A program made the translations under genes and the position numbers. From contig NC_042999.1 in assembly GCF_006345805.1 (NCBI RefSeq), positions 51,212,001 through 51,276,000 on the forward strand: DNA of 64,000 nucleotides, read 5' to 3'. The stretch comes from Octopus sinensis. Taxonomy: Eukaryota. Positions 1-12,500 of this stretch are shown piece by piece. The number at the start of each line of letters is the position of its first letter. Positions within the stretch are counted from its first letter, which is position 1. The notes under the pieces are model-generated. The model searched no databases. It saw only the letters and a program-made list of their open reading frames with translations, and was not told the DNA's origin.

Positions 1-1010
1 CATGTGTACGAACAGCCATGCTACATGGCAATGAAACATGGGCCGTGACTGCTGAGGATATGCGTAAGCTCGCAAGGAATGAAACCAGCATGCTCCGATG
101 GATGTGTAATGTCAGTGTGAATACTCGACAGAGTGTTAGTGCCCTGAGAGAAAGGTTGGACCTAAGAAGCATCAGATGTGGTGTGCAAAAGAGACGACTG
201 CGCTGGTATGGTCATGTGGCGAGAATGGATGTGGATAGCTGTGTGAAAAAGTGTCACACCCTAGCAGTTAAGGGAACCTGTGGAAGTGGTAGACCCAGGA
301 AGACCTGGGATGAAGTGGTGAAGCATGACCTTCAAACATTGGGCCTCACCGAGGCAATGACTATTGACCGGGACCTCTGGAAATATGCTGTGTTGCAGAA
401 ATATGCTGTGCTGCAGAAGACTCGGTAAGTGCAAGTGTGACCATAACCTTGTAGCCTATGCCAGGAGTGTAACCAGTCCACTTATGCGTGCCTTTCCTTC
501 ATTGGACACTAAACTCTGCTTGCGAAGACCAGTTGAAGCAAGTGAAATCGAAGTCGAAATAAAACTCGGTGACTGGCATCCGTTGCTAGCGGAGCGTTAA
601 GAGTACCATACGAGTGAGATGGTTGCCAGAGCAACAAGCTGGCCTTCGTGCCAATGGCACGTTAAACACACCATTCGAGCGTGATCGTAACCGCGTCGCC
701 TTACTAGCACTTGTGCTGGTGGCACTTGAAACATTCGAGCGATGTCATCACCAGTGCCGCTGGACTAGCTCCTGTGCAGGTGGCACATAAAAAGCACCAT
801 TTGGGCGTGGCCGTTGCCAGTACCACCAAACTGGCTCTCGTGCCGGTGGCACGTAAAAGCACCCACTACACTCTTGAAGTGGTTGGCATTAGGAAGGGCA
901 TCCAGCTGTAGAAACTCTGCCAGATCAGATTGGAGTCTGGTTCGCCAGACCTCAGTCAAATCGTCCAACCCATGCTAGCATGGAAAGCGGACGTTAAATG
1001 ATGATGATGG

Positions 1011-1060
<50 letters not shown>

Positions 1061-1076
1061 GTGATGATGGTGATGA
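1..1076 (+). mobile_element. RTE-clade LINE, 3' part (ORF2 C-terminus 18-428, 3' UTR, (GAT)n tail)
   Basis: ORF 18-428 (LHGNETW...RRLRWYGHVARM...GRPRKTWDEVV) nearly matches the C-terminus of the 941-aa RT ORF at 10399-13224; (GAT)n tail at 999-1076. Confidence 0.95.
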
Positions 1077-1388
1077 AGAAAAGTTAATATCCATAGATTA
1101 ATTTTGATTCTGTATAGCACTGACATTCATTTTAACGATTCTCTGATTTTTTTTTTTTAGTGATCCTCAACTAGATTTCAAAAGTTTCAAACATCATAAT
1201 GGTCCCTGGAGGTTTGTAACTTCATACAAGTCGTGTAGAGGTTATGGGGCTGCCCCGCCTCTCTTCACTGGCTTGATTTTAGAAATTTGAATTATCGTCT
1301 GCATTACTTTCTCACAGTCTTTCAAGAAAAAGAAAAAACTCATCACGTTCGAAATAAGAAATTCTTTTGTTTCAAATTAGGGGGAATA

Positions 1389-1484
1389 TACATACATACA
1401 CACACACACGCACGAACGCACACACGCACACACACACACATACACACACACACACACACATACATACATACATACATACATACA

Positions 1485-1510
<26 letters not shown>
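1389..1510. repeat. (CA)n/(CATA)n microsatellite
   Basis: direct inspection. Confidence 0.95.
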
Positions 1511-1515
<5 letters not shown>

Positions 1516-3521
1516 TCCCTCGACTATATATATTAGCTTCAAGTGAATGTCGTAAAACTAGAAGGGAGTTAATTGACATTGAGTTCAGGTGCGAGGGATA
1601 TAAATATTTTATCAACGAAACTTTATAAAAAAAGCTTTATATCGTTTAAGTAATTCACCTGCCTCTTATCTAAACATGAAAACTATCAATAAAATTAAAA
1701 TCTATTTCAACGAGGGAAAAGCAGAGTGTAAACAAAAGGTGTGTATGGAATATCTGGGTATAAATTTAATCAGGGATTAATTTACGTGTTACACCTAATG
1801 GCAGCTTTTTACTCGTTGTCTTTTCTCGGTGGTAAGATGTTTTTAATTTCTCCCTTCGTTTGCATTTAAAAAATGTGTTGCTAATTATAAATATTTACAT
1901 ATCCGTATGCCCTTAATGCGATATATATATAGCACTGTATACAATAATTTCATTATTTTATTATATACTGATAAATCTTTATAAATATTTAAATTACGTC
2001 ACCCTGAAATGTCAGTCCAACGTGAGATCTATTTACCTTTTTTTAATAAATTCCTTTTCAAATTATTTTGTTATCAGAATCTCTAATGACTAGAACTGAT
2101 TTGGACGATAGCGAAAGATTAATCCATCTTTGCTGAGATCATTGTTATTGTTTGTTGCAAGTATTTGATATTTGTTGGTTGTTATTGTTCGGTTTAGAAG
2201 AAACATTGACACTTAAGAAAGGGTAGTGTATGTGTGTAGTGTGTATTGTAAAAGGAGTATATACATATGTAGATTTCTTGCTAATTAATCGAAGTTGATG
2301 TTTATATTGACTAACGTATTGCTAATATTTACAAAACCTATAAAATAATCCGTTACTAACTGAAGAAGCACAACTATTACACTGATGAACATTATTGTAT
2401 TTTAATAATTTTTGATTGCTTACAGTTGTATCACTAATGACGGCTACTGACCTAAACTTTCAATTCTACTTTGATCAAATTAAATAGACAAGTTTATTTA
2501 CTTTTTCAGTTTTTGTTTTATAACATACGTTGAAGGAAATTAAAGTAGTATGTTGATAGATTTTCTTATCCCACGGTCCTTTCTTTATAACGGCGTGATT
2601 CTGGTGACAGTCGTGGTTACCTTGGTTTAAAGTACTCCTTTCCGCCTTTCATCTCTAAATAACCCTTGTACTAAAGAAGAATAGTTGTCAGTCTTCCTGT
2701 AGCTTTTTCAGCCTTTTCTTGGACACTTCTCTCAATATAGCTAAGAATACTATCAAAGAAATTGATCTTTCTCTTAATGCAATATCTACTTTATATGTCT
2801 AACATTCGTACATTCACTTTATCTAATTTGTTTATGAAAACGTCTGGCTGTATTTTTAGTTAAGTCAGTTATATTTCTCCTCAGATATTTGACTTAAACT
2901 TCTTGTAAATTATTCCAACTAAGAGATATTATTATGTCAGATATACTAGGTTCTCTCCTTGCTGTGTTAAGACATGATTGTTTTTTTGACTCTGAACAAG
3001 GGTTGTATCCCTAACCAGCTGAAGTTCATTTATCTTGTGTTTGTTATCAGATGAGAGACAAATTGAGCTGAAATGGAATACTTGAAAGAAGTAGTTGTTG
3101 GGGGAAATAAGGGAAAGCAAATACTTTAAGTCAGTTTAAAAGGAGGTGGCATAATATATGTGGAAGTGTCTACCATGGGAATTTTCTAAGCAAATTACTT
3201 TCCTGTGGGCTCCATTCCTCTCCCTTAGATTGGTGGTATTCTATCAGATCATACTATCTCAGTGTATGCTAAGGGAGTCCTAGTCTAACACCTCTCCTAC
3301 AACCTAGACCAAAGCTGCTCTGACTCCATGAACAGAGACTTCAACTACACATATAAAGACACTTCTCCTCTCCTAGTCGGAGACACTACGCACACACCCC
3401 AAACACTGCTCTTCATCTTTACAGTCAGAAAATATTTCACCCTTTCCAAATCTTATGTAAGACCCACAATAAAGTCTTACAACCACTTCTGGTGTGGTGC
3501 TGTTGATGTTATGCAAACAGA

Positions 3522-3769
3522 CATCATCATCATCATTTAGCGTCCGCTTTCCATGCTAGCATGGGTTGGACGGTTCAACTGGGGTCTGGGAAGCCAGAAG
3601 GCTGCACCAGGTCCAGTCTGATCTGGCCAGTGTTTCTACGGCTGGATGCCCTTCCTAACGCCAACCACTCCGTGAGTGTAGTGGGTGCTTTTTACGTGCC
3701 ACCGGCACAGGTGCCAGACAGGGCTGGCAAACGGCCACGGTCGGATGGTGCTTTTTACGTGCCACCGGC
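3522..3769 (-). mobile_element. 5'-truncated RTE 3' UTR fragment
   Basis: (CAT)n followed by the same terminal sequence as 9581-9840. Confidence 0.9.
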
Positions 3770-4990
3770 TTTCCATGCTAGCATGGGCTTGGTGGTTTGA
3801 CATGGAGCTGACTAGTAGGGAACTGTCCAGACTCCAGCTGTTTGTTGAGGTATGGTTTCTACTGCTGGATGCCCTTCCTAATGCCACCCAATTAACAGAG
3901 TATGCTTGGTGCTTGTTACATACCACCAGCATGGGTGCATGTACACAGCACTGGTACGGGTGCATTAACACGGCTCCTGCATGGGTTTCTTTTTAAGTGG
4001 CCCTGTCACCTAAAAGGGCAAGTCTGTATGTGTAGAAGGCAGTGATTTTACTTAGCTTGACATGTCTTATCAAGTGCAGCAAATTGTTACATCTCCTGGT
4101 CCCTTGTTATTTCCTCAGTGGTGGCCAATTCTGAGGATCCTTTCTTACCACTTCTTCCCACATCTTGGGTCCACCCCTTCAACAGGTACCCTCCACAATT
4201 ACAACTCAGCACTTCTTTATGCAGCTGCCCTTATCCATATGCATCACATGACCAAACCAACCCAATCTTCTCTCTTGCACACAACATCTGATGCTTTTAT
4301 ACTCAGTTTTCCTCTTAAATCATTTACAATCTGTCATACATGCACACTGACATTACCCATCCAGCAGAGCATGCTAGCTTCATTTCTTTCAAGCCTTCAC
4401 AATGTAATATAGCTGTCCATACACAGACATTATACAATCTGTCTTTCACTCTAAGAGAGAAGCCCTTAGTTACCAACAAAGGTAGAAGTTCTCTCAACTT
4501 CGCCCAGTCTGTTCTTATGCTAGTAACTACACTTTCAGAACTCTCTCCCACACTGCTAACTTGGTCTCCTGTGTAACAGAAGCTATCTACTACTTCTAAT
4601 GATCTACCCAAGCATTTGGGAGAGCCTATTGTCTGAGTATTTTTAAACCTTGCACATTTGTCACAAAGACTACATTCTCTGTTAACTTTGATATCACTGC
4701 ACCTCTTATGTGTTCAAAGCTTGCACTGGATATAACACATGAAGTTTCTACCAACATCCTTCTTACATATTGAGCAGGCTATCTCTCAGAAGAGACTTGT
4801 GATTTGTCTGCCTTCCTATTTACTAAGACTTTGAATTTTGCTAGGTTAACGCTAAAGCCTTTCAATTCTTGACCTTGCTTCCACACCTGAAACTTCTTCA
4901 GCTATAAGAATAAAGTCATCAGCATAGAGGAGCTCCCGAGGGTAGCTTGTCTTAAATTCTTGTTATTGCTTGGAGGACTGTAATGAACAA
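3770..4990 (-). mobile_element. older decayed RTE LINE (RT to 3' UTR)
   Basis: minus-strand remnants ELLYA, LEVVDSFCY.GDQVSS, LLPLLVTKGFSLRVK with stops and frameshifts. Confidence 0.9.
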
Positions 4991-5477
4991 GCTGACTTTG
5001 GATGTGAATATTGCATAACAAATCAAACACACATATCAATATTTCATTACCTTTAAGTTAGAATATTGTAAAATGATTGAAGATACTCATTATATTGAAA
5101 AGTATTATTCAATAATTAAAATATGAATAATTACAGTCTTGTGTTTGCTGGGATTTTGTTAATATAACAATATTAAGTTTGATATTTGATAAAACAAAAA
5201 AAAACAAAAAAACTGCAAGACTTACATATTTTGTAATCTATTTCACTGTAAAGTTAACCATTGTAGTGCACTGATGAACTCTTTCTGTGCCAAATTTGAG
5301 GAAGAAACTACTAACAAGAGCAGTTCTTTCCAAAGACAGGGATATTTATTTTGTTGCTGCTTAAACTGTAATTCTTCATAACCATTATAACAAAATAAAT
5401 CTGAGTTCCAAAACTGCTTTCCGAGTCTGTTCTTCAGAAAAATCTGGAGTAAAATTGTTGTATTAAATGGTTTAGGT

Positions 5478-6010
5478 ATCATCATCACCATCATTTATCA
5501 TCCATTTTCCATGCTGGCAGGGGAAATGACGAAAGACCGAGACCTCTGAGATTTGCTGTGACTGCGAAGACCTGACAAATGAAGTGAATTCATGGCTCGC
5601 AGGACGGCCTGCTGTGCTAACCTTGGATCGTAGAGTGACCCGCTGTTCTTAAGGAGACTTATTGAATCAAGTACGTCAACACCAACATTAAAATAAAAAT
5701 CAAATGGAAATTTTAGTTAAGATACCCATGCCAGTGGCACATAAAATACACCATCTGAACGTGACTGATGCCAGCGCTGGCATGGGTGGGATGGTTTGAC
5801 TAAGGCTTGTGAGTTGAAGGGCTGCATCAGACTTCAGTCTGATTTGGCAAGGTTTCTACAGTTGTATGCCATTCCTAACACCAACCACTCCGAGAGTGTA
5901 ATGGGTGCTTTTACATGCCACTGGCACAGTATCTGCCACAACTATGATGTCACTTGGCCTGATAGGTCTTCTTCTCAAGCATGGCATATCACCAAAGACC
6001 TGAGTCATTT
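5478..6010. mobile_element. old RTE 3' tail (-) interrupted by a + RTE ORF-end/3' UTR fragment (about 5520-5779)
   Basis: (CAT)n-TTTCCATGCTGGCA start, a + segment encoding EMTKDRDL, then the minus tail resumes. Confidence 0.65.
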
Positions 6011-6440
6011 GTTGTTGCTTCTGTGAGGCCCAATGCTCAAAAGGTTCTTTTACATGCCAGTTACACGACACCAGCATCGGCCACATTGCCTATGTGCGGC
6101 CCAATGCCTGTGCCAATTATGTGACACTAGCATCAGCCATGACTGTAATTCCACTTCTCTTGATGGGTTTTCTTCACTAGGAAATTTGGTTAGATTGAAG
6201 CTGATTTGGAGAAGATCGTTGTGAATATAAGCTGGAATCATTTATTGTGTCAACAGTAAGTAAATATGTTGTCATGTCCAAGTATATACATTTAAACAGA
6301 ATCAAAGATGAGAAAGAAGAATTTTAAAAGTAAAATTGTCTGAAGAAGGAAAGAAAGAGAATATTTAGGAGTAGGAGTAAAGTAGATTTGCTAGAAGATA
6401 GGAAGGAAGAAATCGAGATTGAAGATAAAGCTACTGGTCA

Positions 6441-6804
6441 TCTCTATATATTTAAACGGCAAAATGTCTGTCTGTGTGTGTGTCCTTTATACAAATCCAC
6501 AATTTTTCAGTTAGAGAGCTTGCACTTTTTATGGTCATTTAAAACCGTCCAAGGGTGGTCGTGCACATCTTTACATTTCCCCAGTCACCCTGCAAAGCCA
6601 TTAAAAAATCAATAGAAGTGACTTTTCTGTGAATTTTCTATTCAAAATCTAATCAAAATGCCTGAAATTTGATTCGCCAATTGACTGCCAGCTGTATGTG
6701 ATTGGTCAGAGATTTGGACAGTACTCGCGTGTATGTGCGCACGCACGCAGCTGTATATGCATGCACTAGCACTATGACCCGGCGTTGCTGGGTCATAGTG
6801 CTAG
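6441..6804 (+). mobile_element. non-autonomous Helitron-like element, copy 1
   Basis: A|TC start, CTAG|T end, terminal 15-bp hairpin CTAGCACTATGACCC/GGGTCATAGTGCTAG, no TSD; second copy at 52704-53111. Confidence 0.75.
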
Positions 6805-7014
6805 TTAGGGGAATATAGTAGTTCAAGGTAAATTGGTGGTTTACCACTTAACAGTAAAACTCTAAATTCACATATCCACACGCATGTATGTATTTCCTCT
6901 GTAGGTGTGCATGCACATGTACATAGCTGCATATTCTCATGTGCTAAGAAGAAGCTTTAGCGAGATCACAAGGTTAAGAAAAGATAAAGTTAGCTTAAAA
7001 AGTTGTATGTTATA

Positions 7015-7176
7015 GGAGTGGCTGTGTGGTAAGTAGCTTGTTTACCAACCACATGGTTCCGGGTTCAGTCCCACTGCGTGGCACCTTGGGCAAGTGTCTT
7101 CTACTATAGCCTCAGGCCGACCAAAGCCTTGTGAAATGGATTTGGTAGACGGAAACTGAAAGAAGCCCATCGTATA

Positions 7177-7231
<55 letters not shown>

Positions 7232-7435
7232 TTGTCCCCTTAGCATTGCTTGACAACCAATGCTGGTGTGTTTATGTCCCCGTTACTTAGCAGTTCGGCA
7301 AAAGAGACCGATAGAATAAGTACTGGGCTTACAAAAGAATAAGTCTTGGGGTCGAGTTGCTTGATTAAAGGCGGTGCTCCAGCATGGCTGCAGTCAAATG
7401 ACGGAAACAAGTAAAAGAGAAAGAGTAAAGAGAGA
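7015..7435 (+). mobile_element. tRNA-derived SINE family A
   Basis: A box TGGCTGTGTGG, B box GGTTCAGTCCC, internal (TA)n(TG)n, AAGAGT tail; at least six copies in the window. Confidence 0.9.
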
Positions 7436-8124
7436 GGAGCTTCAAGTGGGGGTGGAGGAATAGTTAGGGAATAATTGGTGAGGGTGCTGTTATTTGTACC
7501 TTGAAAAAGTGTTGCATAGCCTGTATTTACAATTAAGAGATCTGAATTAGTGATGAAGCCTAGAAGTGTTGGTGAGTAACAAAAAGTTGACCTTAAATAT
7601 ATATTCACCCACTGCTGAGGGTGAATGATATAAGAATATACAAATAAATAAATAAATAGAGCGATAGAATTTTGTCATGAAGGAAGAGATATAAAGCTGC
7701 ATGCACAAAACCCTAGCAAGTAATAGAGAGCAAAATAATAATATCCTTTAAATGTCTCAGTGTAGACACCTGCATAAACAGACATGCATACATGCCACTG
7801 CACAAAACTGAAGGATCCAAAACATGTTTGTACACATGCACATGTGTGCGTGTGTGTATCTTCATATATAATGGTATGTGTGTATATATACATATATAGA
7901 GAGAGAATTTGAACTTATGGAGACAATATTTACATATCACCTGAGGAAATAGAACTAAATCTCATAATGCAAGGAAACAGTTGCATAATTAAGTACCTAC
8001 ATGCCTGGAGAACTACGTTGCATAAAAACAATTGTAGTGACTGAAAATAAATGTCCAACTGTACTCCTCATTGACTCCAAATTTTTTCAATTATATATAC
8101 ATATATTGTGAGAATATACAAAAA

Positions 8125-8290
8125 AAAAAAAACAAAAGACGAAGATGGGTGTGTAAACAACAAACAGATGTATTAGTTTAATGCACGGGAAGTGAGAAAG
8201 TCTTTTACATTTCGAGCCTATGCTCTTTGACAGAAAGAAACACAGAAATAAACAGGGTGAGAAAATGAAAAAGGTTTAGTTGCTAGCAAT
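8125..8290 (-). mobile_element. Penelope-like terminal repeat remnant, family 1
   Basis: second copy at 50400-50555; contains a minimal hammerhead fold, as known for PLE pLTRs. Confidence 0.65.
8201..8238 (-). ncRNA. degenerate minimal type-I hammerhead ribozyme motif
   Basis: UCUUU-CUGUCAA-A-GAGC(AUAG)GCUC-GAAA-UGUA-AAAGA. Confidence 0.55.
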
Positions 8291-8318
8291 CTATCATGGC
8301 GAAATATATATATATATA

Positions 8319-8451
8319 AACAATTGCGATGTGGAAGCTGTTTGTAAACCATTCAAGAACACACAATAACTGTTAGTTTCACTTCAATGTTAAATTTTAT
8401 GTGTCAAAATATTTTCACCAATTTGAAACCTCGACCTGTTCACTGACAAAA
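8319..8451. repeat. dispersed repeat; single diverged copy of the 61328-61460 fold-back arm
   Basis: collinear similarity from AACAATTG to GTTCACTGACAAA. Confidence 0.75.
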
Positions 8452-8539
8452 CATTATGCTGCATATGAGAAAGTAACAATTAGCTCATGATATGTATGTG
8501 CTTATGTATGTCTCTTCTATTTTTTTTGGTTATTATAAA

Positions 8540-8985
8540 TCTTACACCGTGGAGGGTGCTGATTTCCAACAAAGATACAAGGCTCCATCTTTGGAATGTA
8601 GTTAACACAGACGAATTCACATCTGGAACTTGAGAAAAGTCTTGCATATTTTTACTGTTTCACTCATAGATTGCACTTGTAAATGTACGAATTAGCCGCT
8701 CAATTTCTCTTTCTGAAAATCCCAGTTTATCCAGATTCTCCTTTAAGCATTTACTAACAAAACCTAGTGCTCCAATTATTATTGGTATGAATATGAATTC
8801 ATAGTTTGAATATAGAAGCTGGAGGTTTCAAAGCAATTGTCCATAGATATCCTCTTTTTCTTTGGTTTTCAAAGAGATATTTATATCTGCAGGGCAGCTG
8901 ACCTCTATGACGGTACATACCTTTGCCCCTCTGTCTCAAACAACGATATCTGGCCTGTTATAATTATATTTGATTGAAGGTTTGA
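8540..8985 (-). mobile_element. RLE-type (R4/Dong-like) LINE 3' fragment
   Basis: minus-strand translation RPDIVV...VIEVSCPAD..KTKEK...FIPIIIGALG, a PD-(D/E)xK endonuclease signature. Confidence 0.8.
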
Positions 8986-9129
8986 TTGGAATATGCTTAT
9001 ACACACTCATACATATATACATACCCATACGTACACGCTAAAATACTCATACATCTACACATATATACCTACATATAAATCTATGTACACTCATATGACT
9101 ATATATGATTACATATATATATATATATT

Positions 9130-9580
9130 TAAATAATGAGGGAGATAAATTAAATATTAATTTAATTAATATCAATTTAAAACCAGTAGCCTAGCATACA
9201 AAAATCTGAAAAATCAGAGAAAATTCTAATACATGTGTATATTTAAAGGGCTAAAAAACCACTAAGTGGTCAGCCGTATGCTAGAAGTAGATCACCAACG
9301 ATCAAACTACAAAGAAAAGAATGTTCTCTAGAGAAAAATTCAGCAGACACCAGAACAATATGCGGGCAAGACAGATGAAAATTATATAAAAAACAAGAAT
9401 TACTCGCAGACCGGCGGTTTCGCCTATTAACGAATGAATCACTTACGTAATCCCTCGTCTGTAGGCTTGTCAGTGCGATCGTTCCACAGGTAATATAATT
9501 TGTAAAACTAACCACCAGCTTTCCGTATAAACTCGGACATTTGAAATTGACCCCAATGTAATCGGTGAAACTAAGCACTT
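9130..9580 (-). mobile_element. Penelope-like terminal repeat remnant, family 2
   Basis: carries a type-I hammerhead fold; no ORF; boundaries approximate. Confidence 0.5.
9404..9478 (-). ncRNA. type-I hammerhead ribozyme fold (G8A core change)
   Basis: stem I UCGCA/UGCGA, CUGACAA, stem II GCCUA/UAGGC, GAAA, stem III ACC/GGU, GUC site. Confidence 0.7.
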
Positions 9581-12500
9581 CATCATCATCATCATCATCG
9601 TCGTTTAACGTCCGTTCTCCATGCTAGCATGGGTTGGACGGTTCGACCGGGGTTCTGGGAAGCCAGAAGGCTGCACCAGGCTCCAGTCTAATTTGGCAAT
9701 GTTTCTACAGCTGGATGCCCTTCCTAACGCCAACCACTCCGTGAGTGTAGTGGGTGCTTTTTACGTGCCACCTGCACAGGTGCCAGGCGGGGCTGGCAAC
9801 GGCCACGGTCAGATTGGTGTATTTTATGTGCCACCGGCACGGAAGCCAGTCGAGGCGGTGCTGGCATCGGCCACGAGTCGGATAGTGCTTTTTACGTACC
9901 CCCAGACCAGGGATCCTGGCTGGTTCAATTCGATTTCGATTTCGCTTGCCCCAACATGTCTTCACAAGCAAAGGGGGTTGGCAAGGGTGCCTGTCGTACG
10001 GTCGCATTGGAGTATTTTACGTGCCACGGCCACGAGTCGGATGGTGCTTTTTACGTACCACCAGACCAGGGATCCTGGCTGGTTCAATTCGATTTCGATT
10101 TCGCTTGCCCCAACATGTCTTCACAAGCAAAGGAGGTTGGCATGGGTGCCTGTCGTACGGTCGCATTGGAGTATTTTACGTGCCACGGCCACGAGTCGGA
10201 TAGTGCTTTTTACGTACCACCAGGCCAGGGATCCTGGCTGGTTCAATTCGGCTTCGATTTCGCTTGCCCCAACATGTCTTCGCAAGCATGGGGGGTTGGC
10301 ATGGGTGTCTGTCGTCGGATGAGGTTCTATATCGACTTCGCTTGCCTCAGCCGGTCTTTGTGTCCAAGGGAGGAAAGGCATTCATAAGTGGGCTGGGCTC
10401 ACTTGTCCTGCCTGGTCTTCTCACGTACAGAATATTTCCAAAGGTCTCGGTCTCTGGTCATTTCCTCAGTGAGGCCTAAAGTTCGAAGGTCGTGCTTCAC
10501 CACCTCGTCCCAGGTTTTCCTGGGTCTACCTCTCCCACGGGTTCCCTCAACTGCTAGGGATTGGCACTTTCTCACACACCTATCTTCATCCATTCTCGCC
10601 ACATGACCATACCAGCGCAATCGTCTCTCTTGCACACCACAACTGATGCTTCTTAGGTACAACATTTCTCTCAAGGTGCTAACGCTCTGTCGAGTATGTA
10701 CACTGACATTACACATCCATCGGAGCATACTGGCTTCATTCCTCACGAGCTTACGCTTGTCCTCAGCAGTCACGGCCCATGTTTCGCTGCCATGTAGCAT
10801 GGCTGTTCGTACACACGCATCATACAGTCTGCCTTTTACTCTGAGCGAGAGGCTTTTAGTCACCAGCAGAGGTAAGAGCTCCCTAAACTTTGCCCAGGCT
10901 ATTCTTATTCTAGCAGTTACACTTTCAGCGCACCCACCCCCACTACTGACTTGGTCACCTAGATAACGGAAGCTATCAACTACTTCTAGTTTTTCCCCCT
11001 GGAAAGTGACGGAAGTTGTTTTCTGCAGATTTTCGGAGGTTAATGCTCCCGAGCATCTGCCACATACAAAAACTATCTTCCCAGTTAGCCTACCTTTGAC
11101 ATTGCTGCACCTCTTATGTGTCCATAGCTTACACTGGGTACATCTTATAGAGTTTCTACCTACACCTTTTCTACAGATCGAGCAGGGCCATCTTCCTGAA
11201 GATATTTGTGGATTGTCTACCTTTCTACTTATTAGTACTTTGGTTTTAGCTAGGTTGACTCTAAGGCCCCTTGATTCTAAACCCTCCTTCCACACCTGGA
11301 ACTTCTCCTCCAGTTCTGATAGTGACTCAGCAATAAGAGCAAGGTCGTCAGCGTAGAGGAGCTCCCAGGGACAGCCTGTCTTGAATTCCTCCGTAATTGC
11401 CTGGAGTACTATGATAAATAGGAGGGGGCTGAGTACTGAACCCTGGTGGACCCCAACCTCTACTTTGAATTCTTCTGTGTACATGTTGCCAACCCTAACC
11501 TTACTTACGGCATCTCTGTACATGGCTTGCACAGTCCTCACCAGCCATTCATCTATCCCTAGTTTCCTCATTGACCACCAGATAAGGGATCGGGGGACCC
11601 TATCAAAAGCTTTCTCCATGTCAACGAAAGCCAGGTACAGGGGCTTATCTTTGGCTAGGTATTTCTCCTGCAGCTGCCTTACCAGGAATATAGCATCAGT
11701 GGTACTTTTCCCTGGCACGAACCCAAACTGCATCTCATCTAAACTAACTCTCTCTCTAATTAGTTGGGCTATGACCCTCTCCGTAACCTTCATTACTTGA
11801 TCCAACAGCTTGATACCTCTGTAATTATTTGTATCTAGGGCATCACCTTTACCTTTGTAGCAGTTGACTAGTATGCTGCTGCACCAGTCATTGGGTATGA
11901 CTCCTTCGTGTATCACCTGGTTGACTATACGGGTGACTAGGTTATAGCCGACACTGCCAGATATTTTGAGCATCTCTGCAGTAATTCCTGATGGGCCTGG
12001 GGCTTTCCCTGTCTTCATGCTTCTAATTGCCTTAGCTACCACGGAACTATCAACTCGGATAGCTGGTCCCTCTGTAGGGTCAACATTCGGCAGACTCTCT
12101 TTATCCCATTCATTTTCCTCATTCAGTAACCTTTCATAGTGGCGTCTCCAAGCTTCTCTCTTTGCATCCTCATTTAGCGCAAGTGAACCATCCTCCATGC
12201 GAACACATTTCTCTCCTACCACATCACGATTCTCTCTCACACACTGTCTTGCAACACGAAATACCTCAAGTCTTTCATCCTCACGGCGCAGGACATTGGC
12301 AAATTTTCTCTTATCCGCTTCCCCTCTGGCTAGATAGACCTGTCTCCTAGCTTCCCTTCTGGCAGTCTGATACCCTTCCCTGCTACCACCGTTCTTCCAG
12401 GCCTTCCAAGCCTGTTTCTTTTGTCTAATAGCCCTGTCAACAATATCGTTCCACCACCACGTTATTTTGGGTCTTAAGGGGACTTTGCACCAGCCACAGA

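Noticed and set aside
5243-5494. Minus-strand 83-aa ORF as a gene
   Set aside because: No recognisable domain; only an acceptor-like site at 5443 supports it.
7015-7080. tRNA gene
   Set aside because: A and B boxes are present but there is no cloverleaf; it is a SINE head followed by SINE body.
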